DNA of 20,000 nucleotides. Origin: Priapulus caudatus. Its lineage: Eukaryota. How positions within the stretch are numbered: position 1 is the first letter of the stretch; the number at the start of each line of letters is the position of its first letter. Made by a program: the position numbers and the translations under genes. Under the pieces are notes generated by a model, which did not search any database, was not told where the DNA came from, and worked only from the letters and a program-made list of their open reading frames with translations. Shown here in pieces: positions 1-11,741 of this stretch. Where the stretch lies: the NCBI RefSeq assembly GCF_000485595.1, contig NW_014577064.1, forward strand, positions 265,418 to 285,417, in the 5' to 3' direction.

Positions 1-100
1 TTTCCTACGGCCCTGCAAAATAAGATTCAAACAAAAAGGAAACAAGAGAAAAACAAAAGAGCATTGCTACTATTTCCTACGGCCATGCAAAACAAGATTC
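1..100. repeat. 28-bp direct repeat at 72-bp spacing (probable end of a tandem array or TE extending left of the window)
   Basis: tttcctacggccctgcaaaataagattc (1-28) vs tttcctacggccatgcaaaacaagattc (73-100), 2 mismatches. Confidence 0.7.
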
Positions 101-810
101 GCCTGCTCGCATGCGCACTTAGGAGAGAGTCTAGTTTCGGTCCAGTTTCGTTCCAGCGTCCAAACTCTACGGTACAGCGCCACGCTACGGCAGACGCGCT
201 GCAATCCTGCCGATTATTTCAAACTACGTGCAACAACCTACTTGGTGGCGGCGGCACATCGATGGAATTTTCTTGCTGCCTTGCAGTATGCGAGATCGAC
301 AGACGGGCGATGAGCATGCCATTATCTCTCAGGGAGAGACAGACGTTCCATTCACAGCATTGGTTTCATCGTTTGCAATCAACTAATTGACCGACGATCG
401 TTCGTTTCCACACACAAAAGAACGCCGGCGGTGCGAGTATTCGTTTCAAACCATGATATAACATTAAAACGATCAACACAAATCAATATTAATTAAATAA
501 TAATGATTAAAAGCAAGCTTTCGCTTGAACCACTTGCCTAAATCCATAATCAGAAGTGCGGTCACATAAATTACTTGGTAATATTCTGGATCATATATTC
601 ATCATAAATGAAAGTTTTACGAATAAAATGTTTACTCTTAAGCGAAAAGTTTGGACTTCTGTAGGAGTAAACATGTTTTATTGACTCTTGTGAGAGATTG
701 ACGAAAATGTGTGGCTAGCGAAGGACATACTCGTATTTCATGTAAAAGTCGACAATTTGAAGTTTAAGTTTAATACCAGAAATTTAAGTAAGAATAGTTA
801 AAGTAGAGAC

Positions 811-875
811 GCAGCAGCAGCAGCAGCAGCAGTAGCAGCAGCAGCAACAGTAGCAGCAGCAGTAACTGCATCAGT

Positions 876-907
<32 letters not shown>

Positions 908-917
908 CTGCAGCAGT

Positions 918-952
<35 letters not shown>

Positions 953-978
953 CAGTAACTGCAGCAGTAGCAGTAGTA
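811..978. repeat. Interrupted (CAG)n microsatellite
   Basis: CAG runs with recurrent tag/caa/taactg interruptions. Confidence 0.95.
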
Positions 979-1199
979 ATTGTATACTAAAACAGAATAA
1001 CTGTGAATCGATCATAGTAATGATAACCCGCTTTGATTGCAAGCTAGTCTAAGTAAATTGCGGGTTCACATTCACATTAATCTGCTTACACTGCTAATAA
1101 GGTAGTAGCCAGCGAGGCGCACCCGGCGGGTGACACAACTGAACAGGAGCCGCACTAGCAACCATTCCAAATGAAGCTTTTATACGTAGCTTTACACGA

Positions 1200-1386
1200 A
1201 TAATAACAACATCATCAACAACAACAACAACAACAACAACAACAGCAGCAGTAGCAACGACAACAACAATAATGCTAATTATGTTTATAATGATATAATC
1301 ATAATATTATTATTATTATCATCGTCGTCGTCGTCATAATAATAATAATAATCATCATCATCATTATCATCATCATTATTATTATT
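1200..1386. repeat. Compound trinucleotide microsatellite (AAC/CAG/ATT/GTC/AAT/ATC)
   Basis: Directly visible; abuts the 3' end of the RLE retrotransposon. Confidence 0.9.
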
Positions 1387-2705
1387 TCCAAAGTGGATCA
1401 CGGCATTAGCCGGTGGCTTCTGGGTTGGCCGTGTCCCAACCTGGGACATAGGGATTCAATCCAGAATTTTTCGCAGGATGTGTGCTGTTCCCAGTAGTGC
1501 GATTTTCTGCACTTCTTGGGCAGTGTGGTGGCCAGGGAGTTCCTTAAGGTTCTTCTCAAAGCCATTATTTATAGAGCCAGGGGCTCCAACCACCACTGGC
1601 ACAATTCTTATCTTTGTATTCCACATTCTTCTAATTTCGATCTCCAGATCTTTGTACTTGGTGAGTTTGTCTCTTTCCTTCACCATGATGTTAGTATCAT
1701 CTGGTACGGCTACGTCAATCAACAGGCATCGTTTTTCTTTCTTGTTGTGGAGCACTATATCAGGGCGGTTTGCAGGTATCGTGCGATCTGTCTGCACTAC
1801 CATATTCTACATGATGGTAGTATCTCCGATGTTGGTAACTGGTCTCGGAGTATGTTCATACAACTTGTCAGGTACTTGCTTATACCAAATTCACTGCAGA
1901 TTGACCAGTGCAGATAACTGGCTACCTTGTTATGGCGGTTTATGTACTCGGTTAGGGCCAGTACTGTGCATCCGGCGATGATATGGCTGATGGTCTCCTC
2001 TGCCTTGCTGCACATTCTGCACTTGCTGTTGACATGTTGCTTGAGGATGTTGCGCTAATGGTATCTGGTGTTGAGTGCTTTGTCTTGGGCTGCAATGATC
2101 AGGCTTTCTTTCTTTCACGTCTCCCCCTTGAGCCCGGAACTACTCAGCCAGGCAACGCTTGCAATCTTGTCGACAAATGGCCTGTCGATGCTCTTGTAGA
2201 ATCTTCCATGCAAAGGCTTGTTCTTCAATACCTCGATCTTCTCTGCTTCTATATTTGTCTTCAGTCTCAGCTTTGTTGAGGATTGGCTGGTGGGCTGAGG
2301 AGATAAGTATTTGGCTTTGATTTCTTTAGCCTCACGTAAGAGAGCGTACTTTGATTTTCCAGACTGATGGATATTGACAAGCTTTGTAAATTTGTCTATG
2401 TCGTCGCCTAGACCTACAATGGCAGTGTTGTACGCAGACATCAGTTCAATGAGACCACGACCACCATTTTGCCTCTTGATGTACAGTCGCTCCCATCCAT
2501 GTATGGAGCCCGTACATGGTTAGTAGCTTTCTTGTCTTGCGATCCATCCTTTCGATATCTGATCACAACCAGTTGATCACCCCGAAGCTGTACACGGGGA
2601 CCGGGAGTGCCAGGCTATTGATCGCGGTTATCTTGTTTTTTTGAGCAGAGCTCATGCAGACTTAAAAACTAGGCGGACACGGCGATAGTACTCCTTAGCA
2701 ATGTT
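1387..2705 (-). mobile_element. 5'-truncated, decayed R4/Dong-clade non-LTR retrotransposon (post-RT region, CCHC knuckle, restriction-like endonuclease, short 3' UTR)
   Basis: Minus-strand translation across frameshifts and stops: KEYYRRVRLVFKS…NKITAINSLALPV…MDRKTRKLLTMYGLH…RLYIKRQNGGRGLIEL…LHGRF…WLSSSGLKGET…IAAQD…CRMCSKAEETISHIIAGC (CX2CX8HX4C)…YINRHNKVA…NRPDIV…LIDVAVP…KLTKYKDL…VPVVVGAPG. These are typical R4/Dong motifs. ORF-track pieces: 2115-2441, 1797-2015, 1456-1803. Confidence 0.9.
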
Positions 2706-2706
2706 A

Positions 2707-2707
<1 letters not shown>

Positions 2708-2740
<33 letters not shown>

Positions 2741-2752
2741 GTTATTATTATG

Positions 2753-2793
<41 letters not shown>
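2708..2793. repeat. (ATT)n/(TAA)n microsatellite
   Basis: Near-pure att repeat directly at the 5' truncation point of the Dong-like element. Confidence 0.95.
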
Positions 2794-3130
2794 GAAGCTG
2801 TAAAGGAGTGCGACAATTGTGAGTCACAACGAACTTCATAAATCCATTTATTCTATTGATAACAAATACACTGGCATGTGAATAGCGTGACTGAGCTTTG
2901 TGTGTTTTATAAGGCAACGATAATTTATACGACACAGTATTTCGCGAGGTAGATGCATTGAGCGCGAAATGCGTTTAAGTCGATTAACTTAAAAATTAAT
3001 GATAAGGTGCCGTCATTCAGAAGCGTTGACGTGGCAGAATAGGGAGCAAATCAACATTATTTTCTTCGACGAATAATCCGCCTTCGCAGGGAAGACGAAC
3101 TCCGTATACATTCACTTGCTCGCTCAAGAC

Positions 3131-3391
3131 CGCCCATCCATCCACCCGCCCGCCCGACGGTCCGCCCACCCACCTCGCCGCCGACTTGACTGACCGCCCA
3201 CCCGACCGCCCAACCGCCCGCCCACCCACTAGCTCGCTAGCTCGCTCGCTCACTCACTCACCCACACAGTCACTCACTCATTTACTCACACACGCCATCA
3301 CTCGCTCACTCACTCACGCACGCACTCACTCACTCACTCACGCACGCACTCACTCACTCACTCACTCACTCACTCACTCACTCACTCACTC
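3131..3391. repeat. Tetranucleotide low-complexity tract (CCGC/CCAC grading into CACT)
   Basis: Directly visible. Confidence 0.9.
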
Positions 3392-3776
3392 GCAGTCTCG
3401 GTTTGAACAACGTTTTTGATCGACATCGAATCCGTCGACATCGTTTCTTACGTTCGTTGCTTCGGCTTCTGTTGCGTACCAACGTACTGTGACACCTACT
3501 CACCGGAGACATATCACCTGCAGGATTCAAGCGAATCCTAGGTATGCTAGATGAATCACCTCCGAACTGCACAACGTCTGTTCGGTCAACGGGCCAATAA
3601 TCTACACACAATGGTGAAGTGCGCCAGAGTAAGAAACTACATGATATCAACAGAAAGGGGACGTATAGGCGGTTACAGTGCTCTTGATGATATTAACACG
3701 CAACCTCGCGCCTGATTTAACCTTTTACTCGACTCCACCCACGCTGCCTTCATTTGAAAAGCAAACACACAAACCA

Positions 3777-3835
3777 TCTCTCTCTATCTCTCTCGAATTC
3801 TCTCCCCCACCCCTCTCTCTCTCTCTCTCTCTCTC
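3777..3835. repeat. (CT)n microsatellite ending at a 10-N gap (3836-3845)
   Basis: Directly visible. Confidence 0.9.
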
Positions 3836-3845
3836 NNNNNNNNNN

Positions 3846-3968
3846 CACCGCACGGTGGGTGAGTGAGTGTACACACACACCGCACGGTGGGTGAGTGAGT
3901 GTACACACACACCGCACGGTGGGTGAGTGAGTGTACACACACACCGCACGGTGGGTGAGTGAGTGTAC
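3846..3968. repeat. 32-bp minisatellite, ~3.8 identical units
   Basis: Unit caccgcacggtgggtgagtgagtgtacacaca starts at 3846, 3878, 3910 and 3942. Confidence 0.9.
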
Positions 3969-4897
3969 GGAATTAGAACGTAATTAATTTGAACAATCAT
4001 GCGCTTCTACTAGTCGTCCGAAGTGTCGTATTAATTTCACGGGGAATGAAATTCTTCGCAGCTATATCACGTCCTGGTTGCTGCTAAAATAAATTTACAT
4101 AATCGACTGGTAAACGTACGGCCCGTTAAACAGCTAAAGAAATATTATGTCGCACGTAAAAAGGAGAAACTCGAAACTGCGGTTGTTTGTTTGACATGCA
4201 GTCATTAATCAGTGACTTTGTATTTTGCGCAGATTCCATTAACGTCATTATAATGTCACGTAAATAAATATACAGGTTGTCTTTTGTTTGATACATGTTA
4301 AAATAATTTCGATTAGCAAATAACGCGAATGATGTCGAACCTATCAACTAAAGGAATTGTTTTAAATTCATTCATACTATAATTAATGCAAAGTAAACGC
4401 GGCCTCACGTTCCTGTTTACGTACGGAAGAATAAATTAATAATTTCCAACCACGTAGTAAGAGAACTCTCTTCGCATTGCAGTGTTAAATCAGAATTCGA
4501 ACGCGGCAGTGAAACGGATAATGATCACGTGAGATATAACGACGGTACTTTCGTGACACTCCGATGACAATTATGAATCACCGCGACATTTATGACCGTG
4601 ATCTACTAACAGTGATCGATGCGTCACGGCCCCGTACGTGTTTGTGTCACGACGAACTTTTGCCTCAAAACAGTTTGAAAACAAACGGTCAATGACCGGC
4701 GTATCATGCTAGTTATCATATAACGTAATTAGCTCTTGGTAAGATGCGTACATGCTTAACATGCGTAGTAACATAAGCTATAGATAATAACGTATTGAGA
4801 TCTCTAGGGTGCAGATGTTGCAGACTTCGCCTGCCTAACACCTGCAGGCGTCTTTCGCTACCTAAGCAGATAATCTAGATTGCATGCTCACGACATA

Positions 4898-4960
<63 letters not shown>

Positions 4961-5120
4961 GAGACGAACGCGTTGAGGAAGAGGAAGAATTAGTGATAGG
5001 GTGGACAAAAAGAGATGGAGTCAAAGGGGATAGGTGGAGCAATCGGGCGAGCGAGCCAGCGTGATAGAGAGAGAGAAAGAAGGAGTGAGTGAGAGAGCGA
5101 GAGAGAGAAAGTGAGTGAGT

Positions 5121-5159
<39 letters not shown>

Positions 5160-5195
5160 GGGGAGAGAGAGGGGGGGAGGGAGAGAGAGGGAGAG

Positions 5196-5232
<37 letters not shown>

Positions 5233-5865
5233 NNNNNNNNNNNNNNNNNNNNNNNNNNNNNNNNNNNNNNNNNNNNNNNNNNNNNNNNNNNNNNNNNNNN
5301 NNNNNNNNNNNNNNNNNNNNNNNNNNNNNNNNNNNNNNNNNNNNNNNNNNNNNNNNNNNNNNNNNNNNNNNNNNNNNNNNNNNNNNNNNNNNNNNNNNNN
5401 NNNNNNNNNNNNNNNNNNNNNNNNNNNNNNNNNNNNNNNNNNNNNNNNNNNNNNNNNNNNNNNNNNNNNNNNNNNNNNNNNNNNNNNNNNNNNNNNNNNN
5501 NNNNNNNNNNNNNNNNNNNNNNNNNNNNNNNNNNNNNNNNNNNNNNNNNNNNNNNNNNNNNNNNNNNNNNNNNNNNNNNNNNNNNNNNNNNNNNNNNNNN
5601 NNNNNNNNNNNNNNNNNNNNNNNNNNNNNNNNNNNNNNNNNNNNNNNNNNNNNNNNNNNNNNNNNNNNNNNNNNNNNNNNNNNNNNNNNNNNNNNNNNNN
5701 NNNNNNNNNNNNNNNNNNNNNNNNNNNNNNNNNNNNNNNNNNNNNNNNNNNNNNNNNNNNNNNNNNNNNNNNNNNNNNNNNNNNNNNNNNNNNNNNNNNN
5801 NNNNNNNNNNNNNNNNNNNNNNNNNNNNNNNNNNNNNNNNNNNNNNNNNNNAGAGAGAGAGAGAG

Positions 5866-5918
<53 letters not shown>
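4898..5918. repeat. (GA)n-rich region spanning assembly gap 5233-5851
   Basis: GA runs on both sides of the N-run. Confidence 0.9.
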
Positions 5919-5923
<5 letters not shown>

Positions 5924-6811
5924 CACTACGCATATAAAACACGAAGGGACTTTTCAGCAGCGTGCGTGCGATACACAAAATAAATGCGGGAAACATTATA
6001 TCATTTTGATAACTAAAATTTCATGGCTCGGGAAAAAAACAGGACACGTGAGAGAACGGGGGTAATTGGTGATTTTTTTAGGCTGCAGATATACGCGCTC
6101 GCTCGCACCCACGCGCACACAGTATTAACTAAAACCGATGATACCTGAGGTGTATTGCAGGTACGCCATAGCCATAATAATATTTATTATTAACCTCATT
6201 TATTTTTTCTCTGCAGTGTTGAATTTTGTAACCGGTCGCATGAAACCCTACATATATCATAAAAAGCCGAAGCGCTGCGAACCTTTTCTCATTTAGTAAT
6301 CGTGATTGCCTTAATTTATCAGGGTATATGTAATGGGCGTGCATATGTACAATGACATGCATCGTTAGACAGTTGGCTCATAGGCACTTCGCATTAGATC
6401 ACAAAATCTAAACAAAAATCTAAAAGAATAACGGCAGACAGACACATGATTCCCGGTTGAACGCGAACCTTTGAAGTTCTTAACGAGAATGAGAACATGC
6501 CTGCTAGCTTTGTGTTCAACTCGTTAGTACGAACTTACTAATATCCCTGCAATTAGTTCTATCGAAAAGGGTTCAACATGTAGTGAACAGTGTGCGTAAT
6601 ATAACGAGGCAGATTCTCCTTTGTCAGTGCTTTAGCCGTTCTTGTTGGTCTTAACTGGCTTCAAAGTTGTTGTGTCACTAATCGCCTTGGGATGGCGATA
6701 TTCTAACACCTACACTGCGCCTCAAGAAGTTTTCACGCAATCAGCTGGCGCTCTATGTGCCGCTCTAAGAGAAAAACCGGGCAGTTAGCGGTTATATAGA
6801 CACAGTGAGTT

Positions 6812-6942
6812 CGTGCGTGCGTTCGTGCGCTCGTGAGTGCCTTCGTACGTGCGTGCGTGCATGCGTGCGTACATGTGCGTGCGTGCGTGCATGTGCGTGC
6901 GTGCGTGCGTGCGTGCATGTGCGTGCGTGCATGCGTGCGTGT
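6812..6942. repeat. (TGCG)n microsatellite
   Basis: Directly visible. Confidence 0.9.
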
Positions 6943-7102
6943 GGTGCTATGCGCGTAGATTTATTTATCACAGACTCCCAACATCAGTTTTTCCCGCCGC
7001 GCAGATGAAGCTGCACGCGAAGCCTCTTAAACGGCCACGGCGTTATTACAACAGTTCATAGTATGATTATGCTAATTAATATCCTTATTATAATTATATT
7101 AG

Positions 7103-7340
7103 GTGTGTGCGTGTGTGCGTCACTCTCTCTCTCACACACGCACACACGCGCGCGCACACACGTACACACACATACACACACGCACACACGCACACACACA
7201 CACGCACACACACACGCACACACACTCACACACACATGCACACACACATGCACACAAACGCACACACACACATGCACGCACGCCCGCACACACACATGCA
7301 CGCACGCACGCACGCACACACGCACACACGCACACACACA

Positions 7341-7372
<32 letters not shown>

Positions 7373-7610
7373 CACACACACNNNNNNNNNNNNNNNNNNN
7401 NNNNNNNNNNNNNNNNNNNNNNNNNNNNNNNNNNNNNNNNNNNNNNNNNNNNNNNNNNNNNNNNNNNNNNNNNNNNNNNNNNNNNNNNNNNNNNNNNNNN
7501 CGCACACACAAACACACACACACACACACACATACCCCCCCCCACACACACACACATACCCCGCACACACAAACAATAACACACGCACACAAACAAACAC
7601 TGACACACGC
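7103..7610. repeat. (CA)n/(CACG)n microsatellite spanning gap 7382-7500
   Basis: Directly visible. Confidence 0.9.
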
Positions 7611-7991
7611 AGACTATCTGCATAAAGAGCAATCTATACACCGCTGCTACGAAATGTAGTGATTGGGTGTGTGGCATTTCAAGGAATGGTGTATTTACTT
7701 TGTCATTTATCTGACACTTATGGCCCCTTGAGGCAAGGAATAATGATTACAATGACGGCACACATGCTTAGGGTGGCGTTGAAACAACTTAAAGTGATTA
7801 CGTCAGCATAAACAGCACCAGCAAATAACAAATCTATGTGTTATTTGCACAAAATAAAGTTTATGAAAATAGTTCTGTTCACGTTTAATGCTTAGATACC
7901 TTCTTTATACTCCTTAATTTGCCGGTCCATTCGATGTAAACAAACGCTCGACCCGAACACAACCGCCATTATTTCGAAATCTGAACTGTTA

Positions 7992-8516
7992 AGCCTGGCG
8001 CACGCGTGAGTAATTTGACTCAGTCAAATGATGCATGCGTCAAAAAACTCACGTGTGCGCCGGATTTTATTTGAGTTTTTGACGCATGCATCAAGAAACT
8101 CAACGTGTGCGTGCTACCTGCGTAAATTTACTCAACACTGGTACTCACAGCGCATGCGTTTAAATCCCTTTAAAGATGGCTGCGCCCAGTATAGTCTCGG
8201 ATGTTTTATCGGAAGACAAATTAGTGGATTTTTGGCCCAATTATGAATGCTTATACGTCGTTAGTAGGTCAGATTTTAAAGATAGTGAGAAAAGGGAGCA
8301 AGCAAACCACAGTAAAAGAAACAATAAAATTTCTTCATTATCGAAGGCAGGCGAAGTATCGGTATCCGCCATTTGTACAGTCACGTGATATAAATTAACA
8401 CTTATACCTTGAATAATTTTACTCACGTGTGCGGCGGACGCTGAAAATATTTCACGTGAGTTTTTTGACGCATGCATCATTTGACTGAGTCAAATTACTC
8501 ACGTGTGAGCCGGGAT
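7992..8516 (+). mobile_element. Non-autonomous PIF/Harbinger DNA transposon (525 bp)
   Basis: ~64-bp TIRs (agcctggcgcacgcgtgagtaatttgactcagtcaaatgatgcatgcgtcaaaaaactcacgtg, with its near reverse complement at ~8453-8516). TTA at 7989-7991 and 8517-8519 (3-bp TSD typical of Harbinger). Internal MADF-like remnant. Confidence 0.88.
8176..8304 (+). pseudogene. Truncated MADF/Myb-SANT-like DNA-binding protein fragment (Harbinger accessory ORF remnant)
   Basis: MAAPSIVSDVLSEDKLVDFWPNYECLYVVSRSDFKDSEKREQA resembles the MADF N-terminus (L..L…..CLYD….Y+D…R..AW). Similarity stops just before the conserved W. It lies between Harbinger TIRs. Confidence 0.65.
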
Positions 8517-8735
8517 TTAATTAATTCACAAACAGAAACTGTTTGTGCACCACTTTGTGCACGATACACAAATCACGATAACATAGACCACATTAACAGA
8601 GACGCCATGAAATAGTATCATGATAGTAATTCAAATCGTGTAAATTGTTTATATTTTAACCAATGTAAAAACATAATTCTTATCAGGTGAGAGTTTGAGG
8701 ATATGTTTAGTGACGTTAGTACTAACTTTTGATGG

Positions 8736-8753
8736 AAAAAAAAAAAAAAAAAA
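8736..8753 (+). repeat. Poly(A) run, 18 nt
   Basis: Directly visible; no TSD or parent element recognised. Confidence 0.8.
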
Positions 8754-10475
8754 CGTTACAAATATAAGTTTCAGGAAATTCATGACGCAGTCAATTTCAA
8801 TACTAAAAACAACAAGCCAAATATTCCTGTTTTTGTAGTAATAACGCTATGATGCGCATTTTTCTCGATATCACAGTAATACATAAGTATCGGCATAGGC
8901 TTAGTAAAAATACAGATAAAAGATTTTTGAGTTATTTACAGTGTATATTTTTTATAACTATATATATCAGAGCAAACCTTTATTGCAGTGAGAGCGCTGT
9001 AAAAAAATTGTTGACAGCAACAACTACATCCTAATAGAAATTCACAACAAACGTAATTATAATTTATACTCATGCTCGGCTGGAGCGAATTCTACCCCCT
9101 TAAAGATAGATGGGAATTTTGTTTTTCGTATCTAACTGTCGGTTATATCGCCTAATACTATTTGTAGAACAAAATCGCAAATAGTAAATAGATTGGCGAC
9201 TGAATAAAACGACGCAAACAACTCTCCGGTTTCTAAAAAAGTCATCGACTGTTTCGCAACGTATTGCGCTAACGGACAAAAACAGCAATTTCAAGCTTCC
9301 AATTAAAATACGACAAAACCTAGGTAGATATACACACGGGTTCGCGTAAAGTTTTGCAACAGTGATCAATTATGGCTCTGCTACGGTTAAGGGTCGTAAT
9401 ATGATGTCTCCAAACTGACTGTCTAGATGATACATTCGCTGCAAACGCAGCGACATCTCTAAAAGCAAGGTAATCACCAATTGCGTTTGTTTGATGTCAC
9501 AATGTCAAGAATTTTTCAGCAAACTACAAACGCACAATATAATTAAATGTCATCGTCGAATCATTTGCGTCTAGCAAACCTTTAGAATATATTTTCACAA
9601 AGCTGGAGAATACGTGCACCCAAAAAGCACTATGGAAATAAGCCGTCGTTCGGTCAGGAAGGGCGAGAGCCGCTTACAATGAGTTATTGCTTGCGATTTT
9701 ACTCCCGCTCCTGGCTTTAGATAAAGAGAAGCTCACATCGCTAAAGTTTATACCCAGTAGAGTTATCGGACGCCTGTTTTAAATTAAGTGGGCCCTGCGT
9801 GGCGCGTGCGCCGAGTGAACTGATAATGATTTTGGCGATAAGACTTTAGCGAATGACTCTAACTCGTGTTCATAGTATTGATCATCGGGAACATCACTCT
9901 TTTTACCAACAATGCCATGGGCGCATACATAGAATAAGGCTCATGCCAACATGTCAACATGCCAGCAGAGGGTGTGTATTGAAGACGTGCAAAAGAAGCT
10001 CATTGACAGACGCTGGATATATGCGGTATTATGGCGTCCGGGCCGCACAATATGCATTTACTTTATCGACGCTAAATTTCTAGCTAACCGGACCATGCAT
10101 TTTACTTGGATTACGGTCCGAACTACGAAGCAAATTTTCTTGTAAGTTGCTCGATCTCATTTCACACTCGACTCGATAGAGATTTGCTTTATTGCCAAGT
10201 AATTTCACACAGTGGTGGATTTCTTATATAAACCTTGTTTGGCTCGTTATGCTTTTTAACATCAAACTTACGCGTACAATGCAGATTCGCAAATAGGTTT
10301 GCCAATATTATGACAACGCGTGATGGCGAAACCGCCATTTCTCATATAATAGCGCGCTATAATTACGCAGTTTCGCACGAAGCAGCGCAACATTTTTCTA
10401 TAGTACTGATTTGATATGTGAACTCTTTACGAACTACTCATGAATACATACATGCACGCACGCACGCACGCACGA

Positions 10476-10555
10476 AGGGTTAGGGTTAGTCAGAAATAGC
10501 TAAAGGAGCCAAGTCAAACAAATGTCAGGGGGACATAGACCCTACGAGCGTAACT
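10476..10555. mobile_element. Unclassified repeat X, one arm (copy 1), starting with two TTAGGG-like units
   Basis: agggttagggttagtcagaaatagctaaaggagccaagtcaaacaaatgtcagggggacatagaccctacgagcgtaact matches 14714-14777 directly and 19940-19996 in inverted orientation. Confidence 0.8.
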
Positions 10556-11193
10556 ATTCCTGGTATAATGTTGGAGGTAGGTGTATTTGTATAAATATGG
10601 TCAATAAGGGTTGAGGTATGATCAGTTATTCTGGTAGGTTTGGTTATAATAAGGAGGAGACTGTTGGTGTAAATCATATCAAGATACTCTTCTGTTGGGG
10701 AGTGCATATTGATCTTTAAAAAGTCAATGTTCATATCTCCGAAAATACAAATTTGATACTTAGTGTTTAGTACGGTAATTATATTATTTAATTAGGCAGT
10801 GAATTTAACGAGGTCATAGGTGGGGTGCCTGTATATACAACCAACAATAATGGGTTTTTTGTTTTTACCATTTTCAATTTGGGACCAGCACGATTCAATT
10901 AATTCCATATCAAATTTTATATCAGGTTTGGGGATAGTCCTTAAACTTTTATCTATATACAAGGCAGCTCCGTCAGTGTTTGTAGGAGAATCATTATGGA
11001 AGAAATCATAGGATTCAATATCAACATTAGCTCCTGAGAATTCATTAAGCTTTGTTTCAGTGACCCCTATTATATCAGGCTTAGAATCTAACGTGCAAAG
11101 TACATCCTCAAGTAAATTAAATTTTTTAGACAAGCTCCTAATATTGCAGTGAAAGCATATTGCATTTTGATAAAAATATTCTGAATAATTCAT
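10556..11193 (-). mobile_element. CR1-type LINE fragment: AP-endonuclease domain of ORF2 (one in-frame stop)
   Basis: FHCNIRSL…PDIIGVTETKL…GAALYI…IVGCIYRHP…*…IFGDMNIDFL…ITKPTRIT…STLIDHIYTN…IIPGI. It stops at repeat X just before the SDH motif. Confidence 0.92.
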
Positions 11194-11195
11194 CT

Positions 11196-11421
11196 AAAAA
11201 CTCATCTCTCAAAGAATCTCTCATGTACACTCTCACTTCACTAGACTTGCAACATCAATGTCTTATCATCTACCAATGTTCAATACTGCTCTTGGTAAAA
11301 AATCACCAAAGTTTGTAGGTGTCAAACTATATGGAGCGATATACCAAAATATATTCAAAGTTTACCCTTCTCAAAATTCAAATATTTCTTTAGGAAGAGC
11401 CTATTAATGCTATATAAGTGA
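11196..11421 (+). mobile_element. 3'-terminal ORF2 fragment of a second CR1-type LINE family
   Basis: HVHSHFTRLATSMSYHLPMFNTALGKKSPKFVGVKL/WSDIPKYIQSLPFSKFKYFFRKSLLMLYK* (one frameshift) fits the CR1 C-terminal H.Y.TR…W..IP pattern. Followed by a T-rich 3' UTR-like tract. Confidence 0.75.
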
Positions 11422-11426
11422 AGATC

Positions 11427-11741
11427 TATTGTAGATTGTTTGTATTTTGTGTTGTATTACTTTGTATTGTACATCAATTGTATTGTCACTGTACTGTACA
11501 TTGTAATGTATTGTATTGTATTGTATGTATTGTAATTCCATCTGCTTTCGTGATGCACTATTAAAAATCATTTGTTGCGGATAGCATATATCGTATTGTT
11601 TCCAATTGTATCATATCATCAATTGTATCCATTCGTATTGTATCAGCGACAGCTTTATATGATTTACTATTTACTATGATATACTATTACTATAGTATAT
11701 ATATTATATTACTATGATATACTATTTATATGATTACTATA
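11427..11741. repeat. Degenerate (TTGTA)n then (TACTA/TATA)n low-complexity tract
   Basis: Directly visible. Confidence 0.75.

Noticed and set aside
770..1042. Poly-Leu ORF (and a possible polyQ on the + strand)
   Set aside because: Translation of a CAG microsatellite; the Q frame is broken by TAG/TAA stops.
1478..2279. Plus-strand ORFs 1478-1981, 1516-1917 and 1983-2279
   Set aside because: Antisense shadows of the retrotransposon ORF.
3495..3547. Splice-like signals (minus-strand cctgcag…ccg|gtgagt; plus-strand ag|gtatgc) and hairpin aggattc/gaatcct
   Set aside because: Short motifs expected by chance; no coding or transcript support.
2669..7677. Low-complexity ORFs (poly-N, SL/ER, HT/CV repeats), some crossing N-runs
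   Set aside because: Artefacts of microsatellites and assembly gaps.
8028..8480. Paired ORFs both starting MMHASKNSR on opposite strands
   Set aside because: A consequence of the Harbinger TIRs.
9095..9395. ccccc-TTAA and TTAA-ggg as possible transposon ends
   Set aside because: No matching partner TIR found in the window.
10477..10489. TTAGGG units as an interstitial telomere (also ~17722)
   Set aside because: Only about two units; the 10477 copy is part of repeat X.
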